Numbered from the whole stretch's first letter, positions 36,480-50,342 are shown. The stretch: 63,420 nt of DNA, filler included, from Lenisia limosa (GCA_001655205.1; 7 parts of 7 records of this genome joined end to end with filler, not necessarily neighbours in it), one strand, 5' to 3'. Notes: generated from the letters alone by a model not told the origin. Program-made: numbers and translations.

Positions 36480-39160
36480 CTTCAAGAGAGTTGAGGTACT
36501 GATATGTTTTCAGCTTCAAAAGGACAAGATCATCTGAAAAGGTCAGCAATTGGATAAAAGCAAAACCATCTACTTAGCTTTAAAAACATATCAAATCAAA
36601 TCCCCTTTGGAATAAACACACAATCCAAAAAATATATAATAAAACACGCAAATCAGATGGATTATATGCTGTATTATCATAAAAAAATTACCCAATCAGT
36701 ATAAAGGAATAGAAGAGAGAAAAGTCATTCATAAGACTCACCCCCCAACCCGAGATTACAGCAGTAAAGGTATCATGAATGGCCTTGTCATTCCACATAG
36801 TCTCAAACGTAGCGTCCTCATGTTTTTTCACTGTTTTATTTGGGATTTCGGGTTGTTGCTTGGGGGTGCTTGCAGAAGGGGACGGCCTGATGGGGGGGAT
36901 TAAAGTTTGGAAAATTCCGGAAAAACAAAAGAAGCCCCAAAAAAAATCTGTTTGCTGATAACACAGGAGGGCTGAAAACATCAAAACCAAAAAAAAACCC
37001 AGGCCAAAAGCGTGAAGGGTGGGGGTAAACACTCGGATCGGACTAAACCTTCAGTAAACTCAACAGAGAAACTGACGGAGTGAGATCCTTAACTCTTTGG
37101 AAAATGAAAATCAAAAGAAACCCACTAATGCTTAATAAAAATGTAATACCTTTCATCTAACTTTCTTATCTAATAAATACCCGATCTGATAACTCACACC
37201 GAATCACCACTTAATGTACTTATCCAACCCCCACGTACAACGGAGCCGTATTGGCGAGAATTGCAACCGGAGCCACTGGCAGATCACCAGCCTTGAGCAG
37301 AGTTTTGGCGTCTGCGTGGATATCAGAAATACAACATGTCACCGTTCACACCATCACACTTATACATTTACACATAATAGATACATGTACATATAGTATA
37401 GAAATCAGAAATATAACAAGGAAGCCGTTCACCATCGCACTTTCTGATATAATATGGAAATCAGAAATAAAGCCATGATACTCTGAAGGCCTCCACATCA
37501 CAACCTTCTTCAGATTTACCTCCATTTCCCCTGTCACCTTTTTTCTTCTTGCTTTTGGCATTTTCAAGTTCGTCTGCACGGTCAATGATCATCTTCTCGA
37601 TCAATTCCGAGGAGTCCATGTTGAGGGAAGGCGATGGAAGCTAAAACTGTTTTAGAAGGGTGTGGATAAGAGAAAGGCATGGTAAATTGCAAATTGCCCA
37701 AAAAAAAGGCTTGGTTTCCTCAAGCAATTTGGCAGGATATGGAGTGAGTAGATGAACAGAGGGTTGTCGTTGACGGGCATTCAAGTCGAGATGATGAATG
37801 ACGATAACATAAGGTTTCATCCAGTGTTACATCATGTAACTGAGTGGAAAATGATAGCTCATGATATAAATATCCTCTGATACTGTAGTAATGTCGACAA
37901 ATGTTGTATTATTCATCACTATTGAACTTTAACAGCAACAAGCACAAGCCAGGCTTACATTCATAAACTCCTCGATAGAAATGTTCTTCTTCTTCTTTCT
38001 CTTCTTCTTGCCATCTTTGTGCATCTCCTCCCCCAGTTCTTCCTCGGCTTTTTCTACTTGATTAAGGTCAATACTATAGAGTGGTGTGCTCTTGCTTGGC
38101 GCCCACTCAATATTATTAAGGTCGTCGTAATATTTACAATTATATGTATGTATATCTTGCTCATAATCCCCCATACCCCATATGAGGGAGGATATATTCT
38201 AAGCCTGGGGTAACATTATTAGGTCTGGATCGGTTTCAGTTATGGCCACGGTCCCTTCCGTTCCAAAAAGACCGGTTAAATATCGAAATTTATCGAGGAT
38301 TTATCGAGAAATTCGGTCTTTTTAAGGTGAAGTAGGGAAGCCCTTAACATTTAAGGAGACGAATGGGCGTTCGTCCCAATAACATTACCACAACCCCCCC
38401 GACCACCTTGCTCAGTTGACTCTTCATTATCAAATCCTTGCTGCATATAGGCCTCAAAATCAAAGTCTCCGTCTAAAATGTCAAATTGAATCCTGATGAG
38501 CGTTGCATATCATGATGAAGTTACGTCGAAATCAAAACACCTTGACATTGAAAAACCCTTTTCTTCTTTTGCAGTGTAAAAATTAAACTGACATGTATAA
38601 TTTCAAATAATATAACATAAATTAACATAATATAAATATATATATCCCCTCTCCCACCGAAAAACATAATATGAATATGAATCTCCCACCTACATACATA
38701 CATATTATGCACATCTAGGGCTTCACTTCGGTTCGAAAAATACCGGTAAAATATCTGTTAGTTCGAGAATTTATCGAGAACTTCAGTCTTTTTTGGAACC
38801 GAAGTGAAGCCCTTTAGTTAGCAACCAACCCTATATCTTACACCAACGACGCAACAAACCCTGATGCTCCATTTTTGCAGCTTTGGACTCCTGTGCCTCC
38901 GGGCCTCCTTTACCAGCCCCTTTCTCTGACTCCCTTTTATCATGCAACGACTCGAGCGCAGACACAAAGTTCAAAACCGTCTTGTCCTCGGGTACATCAA
39001 CAGGCAGTATCCTCTGGACGCCCTTCGCTGTTTCCACAGGGGAATACCACGCGCTCTGCATTTTCAGCTGCATGGCCTCAAGTTTTTCGGCTTCTGACAG
39101 AACGTGGTCTTCTTCACCGCTCGGGGCAGCACGGGTGTAGGGGTCACCGGGTGATCTGGG
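36480..39160 (-). CDS. Hypothetical multi-exon, highly charged protein
   Basis: GT-AG-bounded exons: SPGDPYTRAA...MEHQGLLRRW; DGDFDFEAYMQQGFDNEES; YDDLNNIEWAPSK...KKKRKKKK; SSELIEKMIIDRADELENAKSKKKKG; DATFETMWNDKAIHDTF. Two introns contain MITEs. No family recognised. Confidence 0.5.
38716..38814. mobile_element. hAT-type MITE copy, intronic (another at ~38241-38346)
   Basis: tagggcttcacttcggttcgaaaaatac...gtcttttttggaaccgaagtgaagccct. Confidence 0.85.
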
Positions 39161-41219
39161 ATATTATTGAATATGGGTTGGGTCTAGGGCTCCGTGCAAA
39201 TAATTATTGAGGAAATCAATGAGATCTGCTAGGATAAGGGTTAACCGACGGTACTTTTGAAATCTTGGGAGATCAGAATGTGAAAGGCTCTGATTTCTTC
39301 AACTAATCAGTTGTATACCCGGCTAGTTGGTGTTCCATACAACAAGGTAGTGTCTGAATAATGTTTTAAACCCATGCAATAACGGAAGTTCTCATTATAG
39401 CTAGAGATACAGGCTGAATCAGGCATTTTTTTTGGCTTGGAAAATTCCGAGCTCCCAGCTAGTTAGGATGGTCCTTGTGCTAGCAGAACCCATTGACAAA
39501 TTGACATTAAAGTGTCTGGAGTAGGGTTCTCGTTACAATATGTCCGACTTCAAATTTTGAAATTATTTTGTCATTATTATAATCAATTTGGAGATATTGA
39601 ATGGGGGCATATATCAACACGGGTTGAAAACAAACAAACAAAAAACAAAAGGACCAGACCAGTACAATAAGATAAATCTCCCATCCCCCCATCAATAATA
39701 ATAATAGTTAATTCTACAAGAATATATGCTCCAGCTACCCCCCCCCCTACCTGGTTCTCGGGATTTTTTCTTTCTTTGAGGCTTTCTTTCCCTAAATTGT
39801 AAGGTTTATTTATTCCTTTCTTTTTATTATTAAAAAAAGGCAAGCCTACCTCATCACCCCCCCTCCTGTACACAGTGACCAAGATAAGTCTTGATCGATT
39901 TGCTCTGTGATTTCCCAAGGATAATCGATCACAACTNNNNNNNNNNNNNNNNNNNNNNNNNNNNNNNNNNNNNNNNNNNNTTAATTAATTAANNNNNNNN
40001 NNNNNNNNNNNNNNNNNNNNNNNNNNNNNNNNNNNNTGATAGATAATATACTATAATAAACTCAACACGCCGTTCTGAAATGGAGTCCAACACCTTGCAA
40101 ATAAAACCTCAAATGGGACTGAGTTTTATGTCTCTCTAGGAAACCAAACAATGAAGGATGAAGAGACAAATGAGGAAGAACTGCTTGCGGAATACTAAGG
40201 AAAACTTCGGGGGCGGGGACAAGGTTTGACAAAAAAAGAATGTATATTATGTGAANNNNNNNNNNNNNNNNNNNNNNNNNNNNNNNNNNNNNNNNNNNNN
40301 NNNNNNNNNNNNNNNNNNNNNNNNNNNNNNNNNNNNNNNNNNNNNNNNNNNNNNNNNNNNNNNNNNNNNNNNNNNNNNNNNNNNNNNGAAGAAGCAGATG
40401 ATACTGTCCCTCCAACTTTCCCTTATCCTTCTCCTTTTCATATGGCAGCTTTTCACATCCCTTAATGTCGCTTAAAAGAATACACCCTAAAGGTTGGACG
40501 CGAGTATCCTACAATACTAAGTGACCACTACATTTGAAACAACAGGCATTTTATCAGAGATACGGAGACTTCAAAATAGTTTCCTTCAAGTCCCTCAAGA
40601 TTAATCAAACCTTTTCTCGCGAAGGGTCAAAATATGACAAGGACTGCTCAGAGAGAATAAAAAATCTCAGACGCCACTAAACATAAGATAGAAAAGGGAA
40701 AGATAACCCTACTCCTTTGTGTTTCCCTCCTTGTTTGCGTAAAAGCCCTTGGAACATCGTATAATCGCTATCACAATTATTGCATCACTAAATTTGTTTC
40801 AAAACTTGAGTAGAATAAGATGAAAGAGCTCTATATTTAGTGCTACACAACAATCAAAAAAAAGTAATTCGAATCTTTTATCTTGAATAATATATAACAC
40901 AATATATGATAGATCTTTAGATAGTGTATAAGATGGAAAAACTAGGAAACTGGGAAAAAGATGAAAATCAATATTGTTTGGTCTTGTACCAGTAACCGTA
41001 CCAGGTGTGATATTACGCATTTTTCGCCTTTCGCCATTTCGCCACGCCTTTTGAACCCCCAGAGATTAATATATTACGTAGAGATATATTTATTACCCTC
41101 CTTCTCTTAATCTGAGTCACATCTGAATTCAAGCGAAAATGCTAGTGAAGGCCCTTCCCTTTCTATTCCCCCTACTATTATTGTTTTCTTTGAGTCAGTT
41201 TTCATTTGCCGAATTGCAG

Positions 41220-44200
41220 TATGCGAGGAAAATCCGTTGACTCTTTTTCACTTTCCTCGGTTTACGTTGCAGTATCCTTCAGAAAGCTGATAACACCGTT
41301 TCCTTACCAACTACAACTGTTGATGGTGGGTGTTTGCTTCTCATATACTACATATACTATATCATATACTTTTTAGGTGATGTTACATATATAGTAGTGT
41401 ATTATGGAGTATCATGATTACTAGTATGGAGTATCATCGAATATTTATGCAATTCTTACGTTGTAGGAGCTTTTGAAGTCTCAGGAGACTTTTCAATACA
41501 GGGGACCAAACAGGCCTTAAGTGACTGGGGGAGGGGGGGCATTGCCATGCAGTTTTGCGCTCGGCTTTTTTTTTTTTNNNNNNNNNNNNNNNNNNNNNNN
41601 NNNNNNNNNNNNNNNNNNNNNNNNNNNNNNNNNNNNNNNNNNNNNNNNNNNNNNNNNAAATCGTCCGCAGCCATTGTAAGACAAGAAGTGATTACTAATT
41701 TGTTAGGTTACCACAGACCTCACTATTGACCCTTTCACCTTTGAGGTCAGTTAGTTATTTCATTCAATTTTTGAAGATCTTGATTAATTTCCTTCCAAAT
41801 GATTTGCTTTAGATGTGGTTTCTTTTGGAGGAGACAGGAAGTTTCTTGCCCATTATCTCGTACTATTCGGATGTGAGTTGAATTGAAAGACAGCCGGATA
41901 GTTACCACTCACATTTATATGACTATTTTATGAGATTTCTGTGTGTGATGGATGTTCTGTGATTGATATTTAGGATTTTGGTGTTTTTCGTATTTCCATT
42001 GTCATCTTTTCTTTTTCCTCAAACTCATTCTGTGATTCCAAAATTCAGACTTATTCTGTGACTTATCTAGAGGGAGAACAGTCTAAGTGTCATTTACAGA
42101 CAAGGTTCAATCCTCATCCATTTCCAAGATGTGAGAGGTTACATTGAATTTGTATCACATTTTCAGTTTGACATATTCTTTTATTGAAAAAGTCAGAGCT
42201 ATTTGTTCATTTTCTAGACAAAGTTCTATGCAAACCCTAATGCACCAATTAAACTGAACACATGGCATTTCATCAGCGTGTCTTACGACCCCAGTGCAAA
42301 AATGACTGTTGCTCTTGGTAAGCATCTATTACTGCATTTCTCTATTTTCTTTTTTCATAATCCTTTTTTGTATATCAAAACTGACCCTTTTCACAACACT
42401 GGATGACACTCCAGATTTTGAAGTTCTTGTTGCACCACAGTCGGTGTTTATGGCCAATCAAACTGCTGGTTGGGAGGATGTAATACTAAAGGGAAACTGA
42501 TACAAAAAGTGGCAGCTTCTAATCAAATAGGTGGCTTTCTTATTCTGAGTCAAGAGCCAGACGGAACGTTGCCTGATGTTTGAGGCCAAGTTATGGTCTT
42601 ATATATGTCCAAGTTATGGTCTAATCCAAGCCCTTGATGATGGGTTTTTAAGTTAACCCTTGTAGCCAATGTCAGTCAGCTTAACTCAACAATCATCTGT
42701 GCTGGTAGATGATATGGCTCTGTACAACAAGGCCTTCACGGACCTTGAAGGTATAATAACTTGTTGCTTGACTGTTATTGAATGGAACTGCTTTTTGAGA
42801 TACTCTTCTGACGTTTTAGCTATGAAACTCCGAGCTGAATTTGGAGTCTCTTCTACCGCTATTGAGGATATCACATTTTTCAATGACTTTGAGCAAGAGC
42901 AATCCTTGAAGACCTTTCCCGTGGGTCTTGGAGATTTCATTATGATCATATTATGATGATAAAAATGATAATACTATGATGGTTATCAATCATATTATGA
43001 TAGTATTCATTGTAATATATGATATGATATTATAAAACATATCATGTATTGTTTCATCCTATTATTATATACTATTTGAATCTTAAGTAGGTATAGTATA
43101 TGTATAACATAATTATATCTCTTATAAGCGTTATGGTATTGCCATCTGATACTACATGGTTATATTTCGCAATTCTACAGCAGTATTATGTAGCTAACGT
43201 TTTAGAGTGTGGTTGGGCCAGATGTTGAGATTTTTGACCATTCATCCCTTTTAGAGGAAGTTTCCCGTGTTGTAAGGGGGGTAGATGAATACACGGCAGA
43301 GGAAATGTATCATTAATACATATATTATCGTGATAATATATAATAATCATATGACCAACATGAGGCTTCATCCCAATCACAGAGATTATTATACAAGTGA
43401 TATAATATGTATTGTTTATGATATTATAGAGCTGTGACTCTCTTCATATCCATTGTCCTGGAGACTCGTTTGCTCTCCGTCAACCCCATCAAGATACCAT
43501 TGTGAGGCATTTTCAAAAGTTGTTTCCACAACATTTTAAGCCATCATACCTTTCCTCCACCTGACATTCTTAGAACCTTGCTGCCAAATCCTTGGCGTTC
43601 TCACCAAGCTCAAGTTATGGTAAGTGGTTGTACGGTGCAGTCCAATTGTTCTTATCCAATCAGATTACCAGACATGTAGCCGCGTCTTTGCTGGTAACAA
43701 CCTTGTTAAAATTGTTGGGTGGGGACTTATGGTGAAATTCCTGCTTTACAATACCAAGTGTACTCACCACTCAGGCATTCTCTGGTCTCAGCCAGTACCC
43801 CACCACACAAATAACTGTGGATTCAGTCTATAAACGAACTGCCTCTGGTGTATGTTGAGGATAGATGGGACTGGGGTTTGCGTGAGGATAGATGGGACTG
43901 GGGTTTTTTCGACTTCACAATTGCCCTCTTAGAAATAAACAATTCTTTCAAATTCTCCAAGTTACTTCTAAATCTTCAGGGACATATTTCTAGCGGTGCA
44001 ACAGCATCTGCTTCCAATACTCTCAATATATACCCCGACGTCAAAGCGATTGTAGGTAAAATGTATATTACGACGTATCATATCGTCATATAGAATATGA
44101 TGTTATTGGAATGACATTCAGAGCTGACCTTTTAGATGTTCAATGGATATTCGTGCTCGGTCACAGGAAGCTTTGTGTTCCAGCTTAATGTTTGGATGAG

Positions 44201-45030
44201 AATGACTTGGACTATAAACACAGAAACTGGTTAGTTGCATGATTTCCTCGCATAGATTTCTTTTTCTGAATTCCTTTCTTTGAGATTCCTAACCTTTAAA
44301 ATCGATATAATATCTCAGGACTGGCTACGCTCTTTTTGAACGGGGCTGAAGAAGGCTCCTGTTCCCTGGCTGCGGCGAATGTTGTGACCATTCCCGACCA
44401 AAACAACTTCATTGTGATGCTTGGATCTGTATGCGTGGGATAAGAGACGATACCTACCTTTGCTTTCATCAAAAAGTCTTATCTATTAGGATCTTGATGG
44501 CTCAATTAGTGGAATCACGAACAAGGAGTTCCTCAATGCTGAAATATCCACTGTGAGAATGGGTTGCTACCGAATGATATTGATATCATCTGAACTGAAT
44601 TCCTTTCATTTTGAATGGCCACAGTCTTCTTTCACCTAATAGTTTGCCATCTATAACAAGGCGCTGACTACAGAGGAAATTAACTCTCTCACTGGAATGC
44701 GAGTCATGTACTTTGCCCAGCATTTGACCACTAACGTTAAGTATGTGGTCTCTGTTTTTCATAAGTTCTTTCTTGATTTTATCTCATACTGCAGTCTGTG
44801 CGATTCCCTCAGTTCTGTAACAACTAACTCTGGCACTTTTGCTCCTCCCACACTCAAGTCAATGATTCCGTAAGCAGAATTAATTAACACAACAAAGGAA
44901 AGGTGTTGGTGTTTGAAAATATGTAAATTAGTACGTCAGATTTTCACCTAGTATCCCTTTTGACCATCCAGTCTTAGGAATGACATGGCCCCCCAAACCC
45001 CTCATGAAGTACTCGAGGCAGACCTTATGT
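41220..45030 (+). CDS. Multi-exon protein with two laminin-G/concanavalin-like (LamG_3) domains
   Basis: Exons MWFLLEETG; KLNTWHFISVSYDP; LVDDMALYNKAFTDLE; LATLFLNGAEEG; FAIYNKALTTEEINSL match the W.H(V/F)..(T/S)YD, L(Y/F).NG and I.YN.AL..EEI motifs. Start and full frame continuity not established. Confidence 0.7.
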
Positions 45031-45049
45031 CCTAATTTGTTTTTATATT

Positions 45050-48000
45050 GTCAAAATTTAAAGCAACATCTTCAAGACCAGCGTCCTTGAGTCGGCGTTT
45101 TATCCTTCGTTGCGCCTCCGCACTGACCGAGTCGCCTGAGGAAGTTAAAAAAGGAATAACCATATTTAGCATAAGAGAAATGAAGGCTGACACATCAGAT
45201 CTTATAAGTAATATAATGATATTATTATGATTGCTACATAGTTACTATTATATAGTATATCGATCTATTAATATATAATACTATGATTCATAATATTTAT
45301 ATTTTGGCTAAAAAAAATTCCTTTGGTGAAACTACGGTTCATAGCATATCATACGACCTCACCCTCTCACCAGTTCTCTTCTCCCTTGCTTTCAGAAGTT
45401 CCTTGTAGAAGGCATGGTAGCGGATGTAGAAGGCAGCATAAAAGTCGGCGTATTGCTTCTTTTGTTCTGCAGACATTCGACGCACCTGTATTGATTAAAA
45501 CATCGATAAGGTTTTCCTTTTAATCCCCCCTCTAAACAAAAAAAAAAAAAATGATATGATATGACAGAAAGTGCACAAGTGTAATCACGGCATATGATAC
45601 CCCACCAATTTGTCCCAGTTGATGCCTTGAGAATCGCTGACAGTACCCGGGGTGCCTCGGAGTTTCCCAGGTTGAATGACCGCCTAGAAGAAATAAGACA
45701 GTCAATCAAGATATAATAAAATGTGGTCAACCAAGCCACCAAGCCACCTGTCGGAACCTGTCCCAGGTTCTCTTCCAGTCCTCCAGTTTGACAGGCTTGT
45801 CGAGCTGATTTCGGGCGTGATAGCCTCGGTGGCGGTCCACAATCACAAAGGACTGGCTGATCTCTGCACGCTTCTTGCGCTGGCTGCGCGTGATACGCTC
45901 CAACCTCGGCATACATGCCTTCTCGAAGTCTGTTGACGGCACACCACCAAAGTAGCTTTTGCCAGTTTTGTCGGCGTCGGACGCAATCCAGTTGTGCGTG
46001 GTGGCACTGGTGCCGTCACCAAGGGTCGAGTCAATGGCTTTTCGTTTGGCTTGGAGGAAAGCCGCTNNNNNNNNNNNNNNNNNNNNNNNNNNNNNNNNNN
46101 NNNNNNNNNNTTAATTAATTAANNNNNNNNNNNNNNNNNNNNNNNNNNNNNNNNNNNNNNNNNNNNGCACTTGCACAGTAGACCGGCTTTCCAGGGATTT
46201 GACACGCTCTGCTAATTCACGGGTTTCTGAAATCGTAAGGAGCAAGTTAACCAGATTGAGTTTTCAAAACAAGTCGGCTTCCTTCTCGAAAACTATCACA
46301 CATCTGATCTATTCCTGTCATAACTATCACACACCTGATCTATTCCTGTCAAGCTCATCACGCTGTTTGCGATTCTGTCTGTCCTTGAACTCCACAATCT
46401 TCTGTAGGCGCGAAAGGGTATCGGAATATCCTTCCCGTCGGTTTTGGGCCATTTTCAGTGCCTCTCCTGGGGGGTGATACCATAATGATGATGGTGACAG
46501 GTGGGATTGATGATGATAACAGTAAAATGTGCCAAACAGCATCCAAGTCGGCACATACCCCCTCACCAGCAAGAGTCTTGGGCCCCCTCTGGAGACAGAC
46601 AATAGCAAGGACTGCGAACATGGCTGACTTCAGGCGCAGCCTCGGAGGTACTACAAGGTCAGGGGATGCCAAGTTAGCAAAGAGCAAGATGAGGTCAAGA
46701 ACCTATATAACGACCCATTCTCTCATCAAGATACTATTCATGGGGTCATCCAATTGATTTCTGTCAGCTTACTCCGAGGGCTGAATATTGACCGGGTGTT
46801 CTTCCGTTTTGGAGTAATTCCAGGCCGAGTCACTGCCGGGCCTGTGTCGTCATATATCACGAGAAAAACCTTCGATATTATCGAGAAATCCCCCCACCTC
46901 CACTCCCCATGGAGTTGAGAATATCCAAGAGTGTGCGTTCTGACTCCTCAAACTCCGTCAAAAGCCCGATAAGGTACCTGAAGGAGTGATGTTACCCCCA
47001 TCATGAGTGTCTGCTTGGGGTTCAGTTTCAGAGCCATTAATATAAACCCTTTATTCACTCTCAGCTCCTTTGTTTCCTGTCTACCACCGCCCACTTTTTC
47101 TGCGCCACAAGGGAGGTGCGCGAAGCAGTCAATTTGGCCACTGCTACTCTCAAATCAGAAAGTTCGTCATTCCTGTCTCCCTCCCGAAGGCAAAGGAGGA
47201 TCTGGNNNNNNNNNNNNNNNNNNNNNNNNNNNNNNNNNNNNNNNNNNNNNNNNNNNNNNNNNNNNNNNNNNNNNNNNNNNNNNNNNNNNNNNNNNNNNNN
47301 NNTATGACCCCCTCCAGTCAACCCTGTTGGCCAAACAATTGACAAACACACGAGGGTTGAAACCAACAAAACAAACAACCCAGACAGCAACACTCCACAA
47401 ATGCACAACTCTAAACACACTCCCACGGTGTTGACTGCGCGCGCCACGTCACTCGCCGTTTGCGTGACAGTCTCCCCCAGGGGAATGTTGAGGGCTCCAC
47501 AGAGGTTGTCGAAGGTTCTCGAAACCCGGACCAGGCTCTCTTCCGCTGTCGCCAACCTGGGGGGTGAACCTAACCTGGGGGGGACATACCAGAATAATTC
47601 CCTCATACATTGGGTATCAATATGCTTGAATCAAGCAAAGATATTGGATAGTCAACAAAGAAGACCTTAAGACCCCCCCACCTTGTCTGAAGACTTGTGG
47701 TCTCTGCCGACAGGACGGTGTTGGCTGTTTGCATTTCATGCGCCTATGGAACGTGACTACCATGTGCAAATGTGTNNNNNNNNNNNNNNNNNNNNNNNNN
47801 NNNNNNNNNNNNNNNNNNNNNNNNNNNNNNNNNNNNNNNNNNNNNNNNNNNNNNNNNNNNNNNNNNNNNNNNNNNNNNNNNNNNNNNNNNNNNNNNNNNN
47901 NNNNNNNNNNNNNNNNNNNNNNNNNNNNNNNNNNNNNNNTAGCCGATTCGAGTCTCGAGATGGCATCATTCAACGACCTCACCTGGGGGGTCAGTCCAGC

Positions 48001-48572
48001 CCTGGCTAAGAGATATCACACTATACCCACCTGCAGGGCCTGGCTGTCAGCCTCAACCTTCAAGGCACGTGCTTCTGAAAGTGCTTGGTCCCTATCACGT
48101 GACAGCGACTCGATTGTCGCCTCCAGTCTGGGGGGGGGGGTAAAACGAAGGAAATTTTGNNNNNNNNNNNNNNNNNNNNNNNNNNNNNNNNNNNNNNNNN
48201 NNNNNNNNNNNNNNNNNNNNNNNNNNNNNNNNNNNNNNNNNNNNNNNNNNNNNNNNNNNNNNNNNNNNNNNNNNNNNNNNNNNNNNNNNNNNNNNNNNNN
48301 NNNNNNNNNNNNNNNNNNNNNNNNNNNNNNNNNNNNNNNNNNNNNNNNNNNNNNNNNNNNNNNNNNNNNNNNNNNNNNNNNNNNNNNNNNCAAGGGCACA
48401 CCTTTTGATTTCTTCATCCGTTCGTTGAGAGGCATTGAGACGATCCTTCAGGTCCATAACCGTGCTATTGGAGAGGGCAAGGTGGTCCTCCTTCCTCTGC
48501 GACGAGCTTAGTACGCGATTGAGGTCATTGTCCATGCGGTCTATCTCCAGGTTTTGGCGGTTGATGGTGTCT
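45050..48572 (-). CDS. Hypothetical coiled-coil protein or pseudogene, broken by gaps and a spacer
   Basis: Heptad-like segments (DRMDNDLNRVL...LKDRLNASQR; RLEATIESLSRDRDQALSEARALK; NDELSDLRVAVAKL; LSRLQKIVEFKDRQNRKQRDELDR), GT-AG introns, higher GC than the surroundings, and one apparent in-frame stop near 46856. Confidence 0.4.
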
Positions 48573-48712
48573 NNNNNNNNNNNNNNNNNNNNNNNNNNNN
48601 NNNNNNNNNNNNNNNNTTAATTAATTAANNNNNNNNNNNNNNNNNNNNNNNNNNNNNNNNNNNNNNNNNNNNAATACGAAGGAAACCCAAGTATTAAAAA
48701 AAAACACCAACC

Positions 48713-50005
48713 TTCTGGGGGAGTGAGAGCGCGAGCGTCTTGACCGCTTCTCTTCAGCAATCCTAAAAGATCACTGTGCTTCTATCAACGGCTCAATGCA
48801 GGCAACAGCAAGTCCTCAAAAAGACGACCAAAAGCTGTTTTGAGGTTTAAAATAAGAGAAGAAATTCACAAAAGAGAGGGAGAGAGAGAGAGAGAGAGAG
48901 ACTGCATTAAATATTATCATTTATTGGATAGTCCATCACTATTGCCCCCCCAAGTAGTGGGCAATCATTTGATATTGTTCCGTTAACGACGGTGTTGATC
49001 AACCTAAGTGAGATCAGCAGGGCCCACGCACAACACTGCATCACAAGCATTGTCCTACCTGACTTTTGAGGTGTTTTACCTGTTATACTATGTTTAACCC
49101 TTGTCAGTATTCCAAAGGGAAACTAACTTGGTATGAACTAAAAAGGAAAAGGGACGAGGCTAAGGTCGAAAACCTATTGTATGGTGTTAAGGTTTGAGAG
49201 AGGAAGGGAACACAATCAACAGAAAGCGCACCAAAACAATAAGCACCAACCCCGCTCCTTTGTTCTATTTATGTTTTATATACATACATGCATATGGAGT
49301 TTCCATGTCTGAAAAGCCGCTCAATAACCACTCACTTTTTGACGGTGACATCGTCCATCTTGCTCATCTGAGCAGCGAACGGCAGGGAAGGGTCCAGCTG
49401 CACGTCGTCCGTCACAAGGGTTTCTTCAACCTTCTCCTCAGCAAAGTCTCCAGCTCCATACTTTGTGGTGAGGAGGGGGGTATATTTAAGCTTTTGATTT
49501 AATGAATACCAACATACCTGCTTCTCACGAGTATCAATCTCAGTGGACACGCGGGTGACTTCCTCCTTCTTTCTCTTGAGCTCTTCCTTCTTCTTCTCCA
49601 GGAAGATCGCAGGGATACCACCAACAGACTCCTGGGCTGAAATCAGAAGTGCCCAAAGCTCAGAGCAGAAAGCTGGAGTCTTTCGTTCCAAAAAACCAGT
49701 CAGTGAGATCTGCATTGCCTTGGCATCTGGGTACTAGATTGGGTTATAACAGTAAAAAGAAACCCTACCCTTTCCTCAAGGGAGTTGAAGGCAAAGTTAA
49801 CAACGACTTCGTCTTCAAAACCAAGAACTTCTGTAATTTTGTTTGTCATCCATTCCTTGATAACTTCAAGATTGACCTTCTCCATGTCAACTTTCTTGCT
49901 CATGTGTTCGGGAAAGGTGGTCTTCTTGATCAGCTTCTTCATCTTGTTTCCAAAGCGGCCATCTTGTGACTCAGAGACACCTCTGTAGTTGCAGCCTCCT
50001 TCCAT
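48713..50005 (-). CDS. SRRM1: PWI-domain serine/arginine repetitive matrix protein (SRm160) homolog, 3' end lost in gap
   Basis: Exon 50005-49769 (YRGVSESQDGRFGNKMKKL...KKVDMEKVNLEVIKEWMTNKITEVLGFEDEVVV); exon 49733-49518 (YPDAKAMQISLTGFLERKTPAFCSELWALLISAQESVGGIP); RS exon EKRSRRSRSHSPR at ~48713-48765. Confidence 0.9.
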
Positions 50006-50342
50006 GATGGAAAATTGGCAAAAAAAGGTGCTTAGAAAAGGAAAAACTGACTCTGTTCTTTGCTCAACAAGAAACGCAAATTGTCAGCTTGTGAAATAAA
50101 TAACACGTGAAGAATAGCAGAACAGCACAGTACTCGGGTAACTCGGTGAGGAAACGAAAACCTAGGAGGTGTATATAATATCCTATACACCTCCTAGCAA
50201 AACAATATTCCGGCTCCCGGAGTTAGTGTTGAATTGAGGACCCTTTCTCACTAGCCCTTCACCTTGCCTGCCTTCAAGAAAAAGCAGCCATTTGGTACTC
50301 CACCGTATAACGATACAAGTGTAATTTCACGGCTGATTGGTA

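Noticed and set aside
24070-38814. CRISPR array or REP-like elements
   Set aside because: The palindromic repeats are dispersed, irregularly spaced, have TSDs and lie in a eukaryotic context with no cas genes.
17435-48620. ORFs in the supplied track that contain X runs
   Set aside because: They are artefacts of translating through N gaps.
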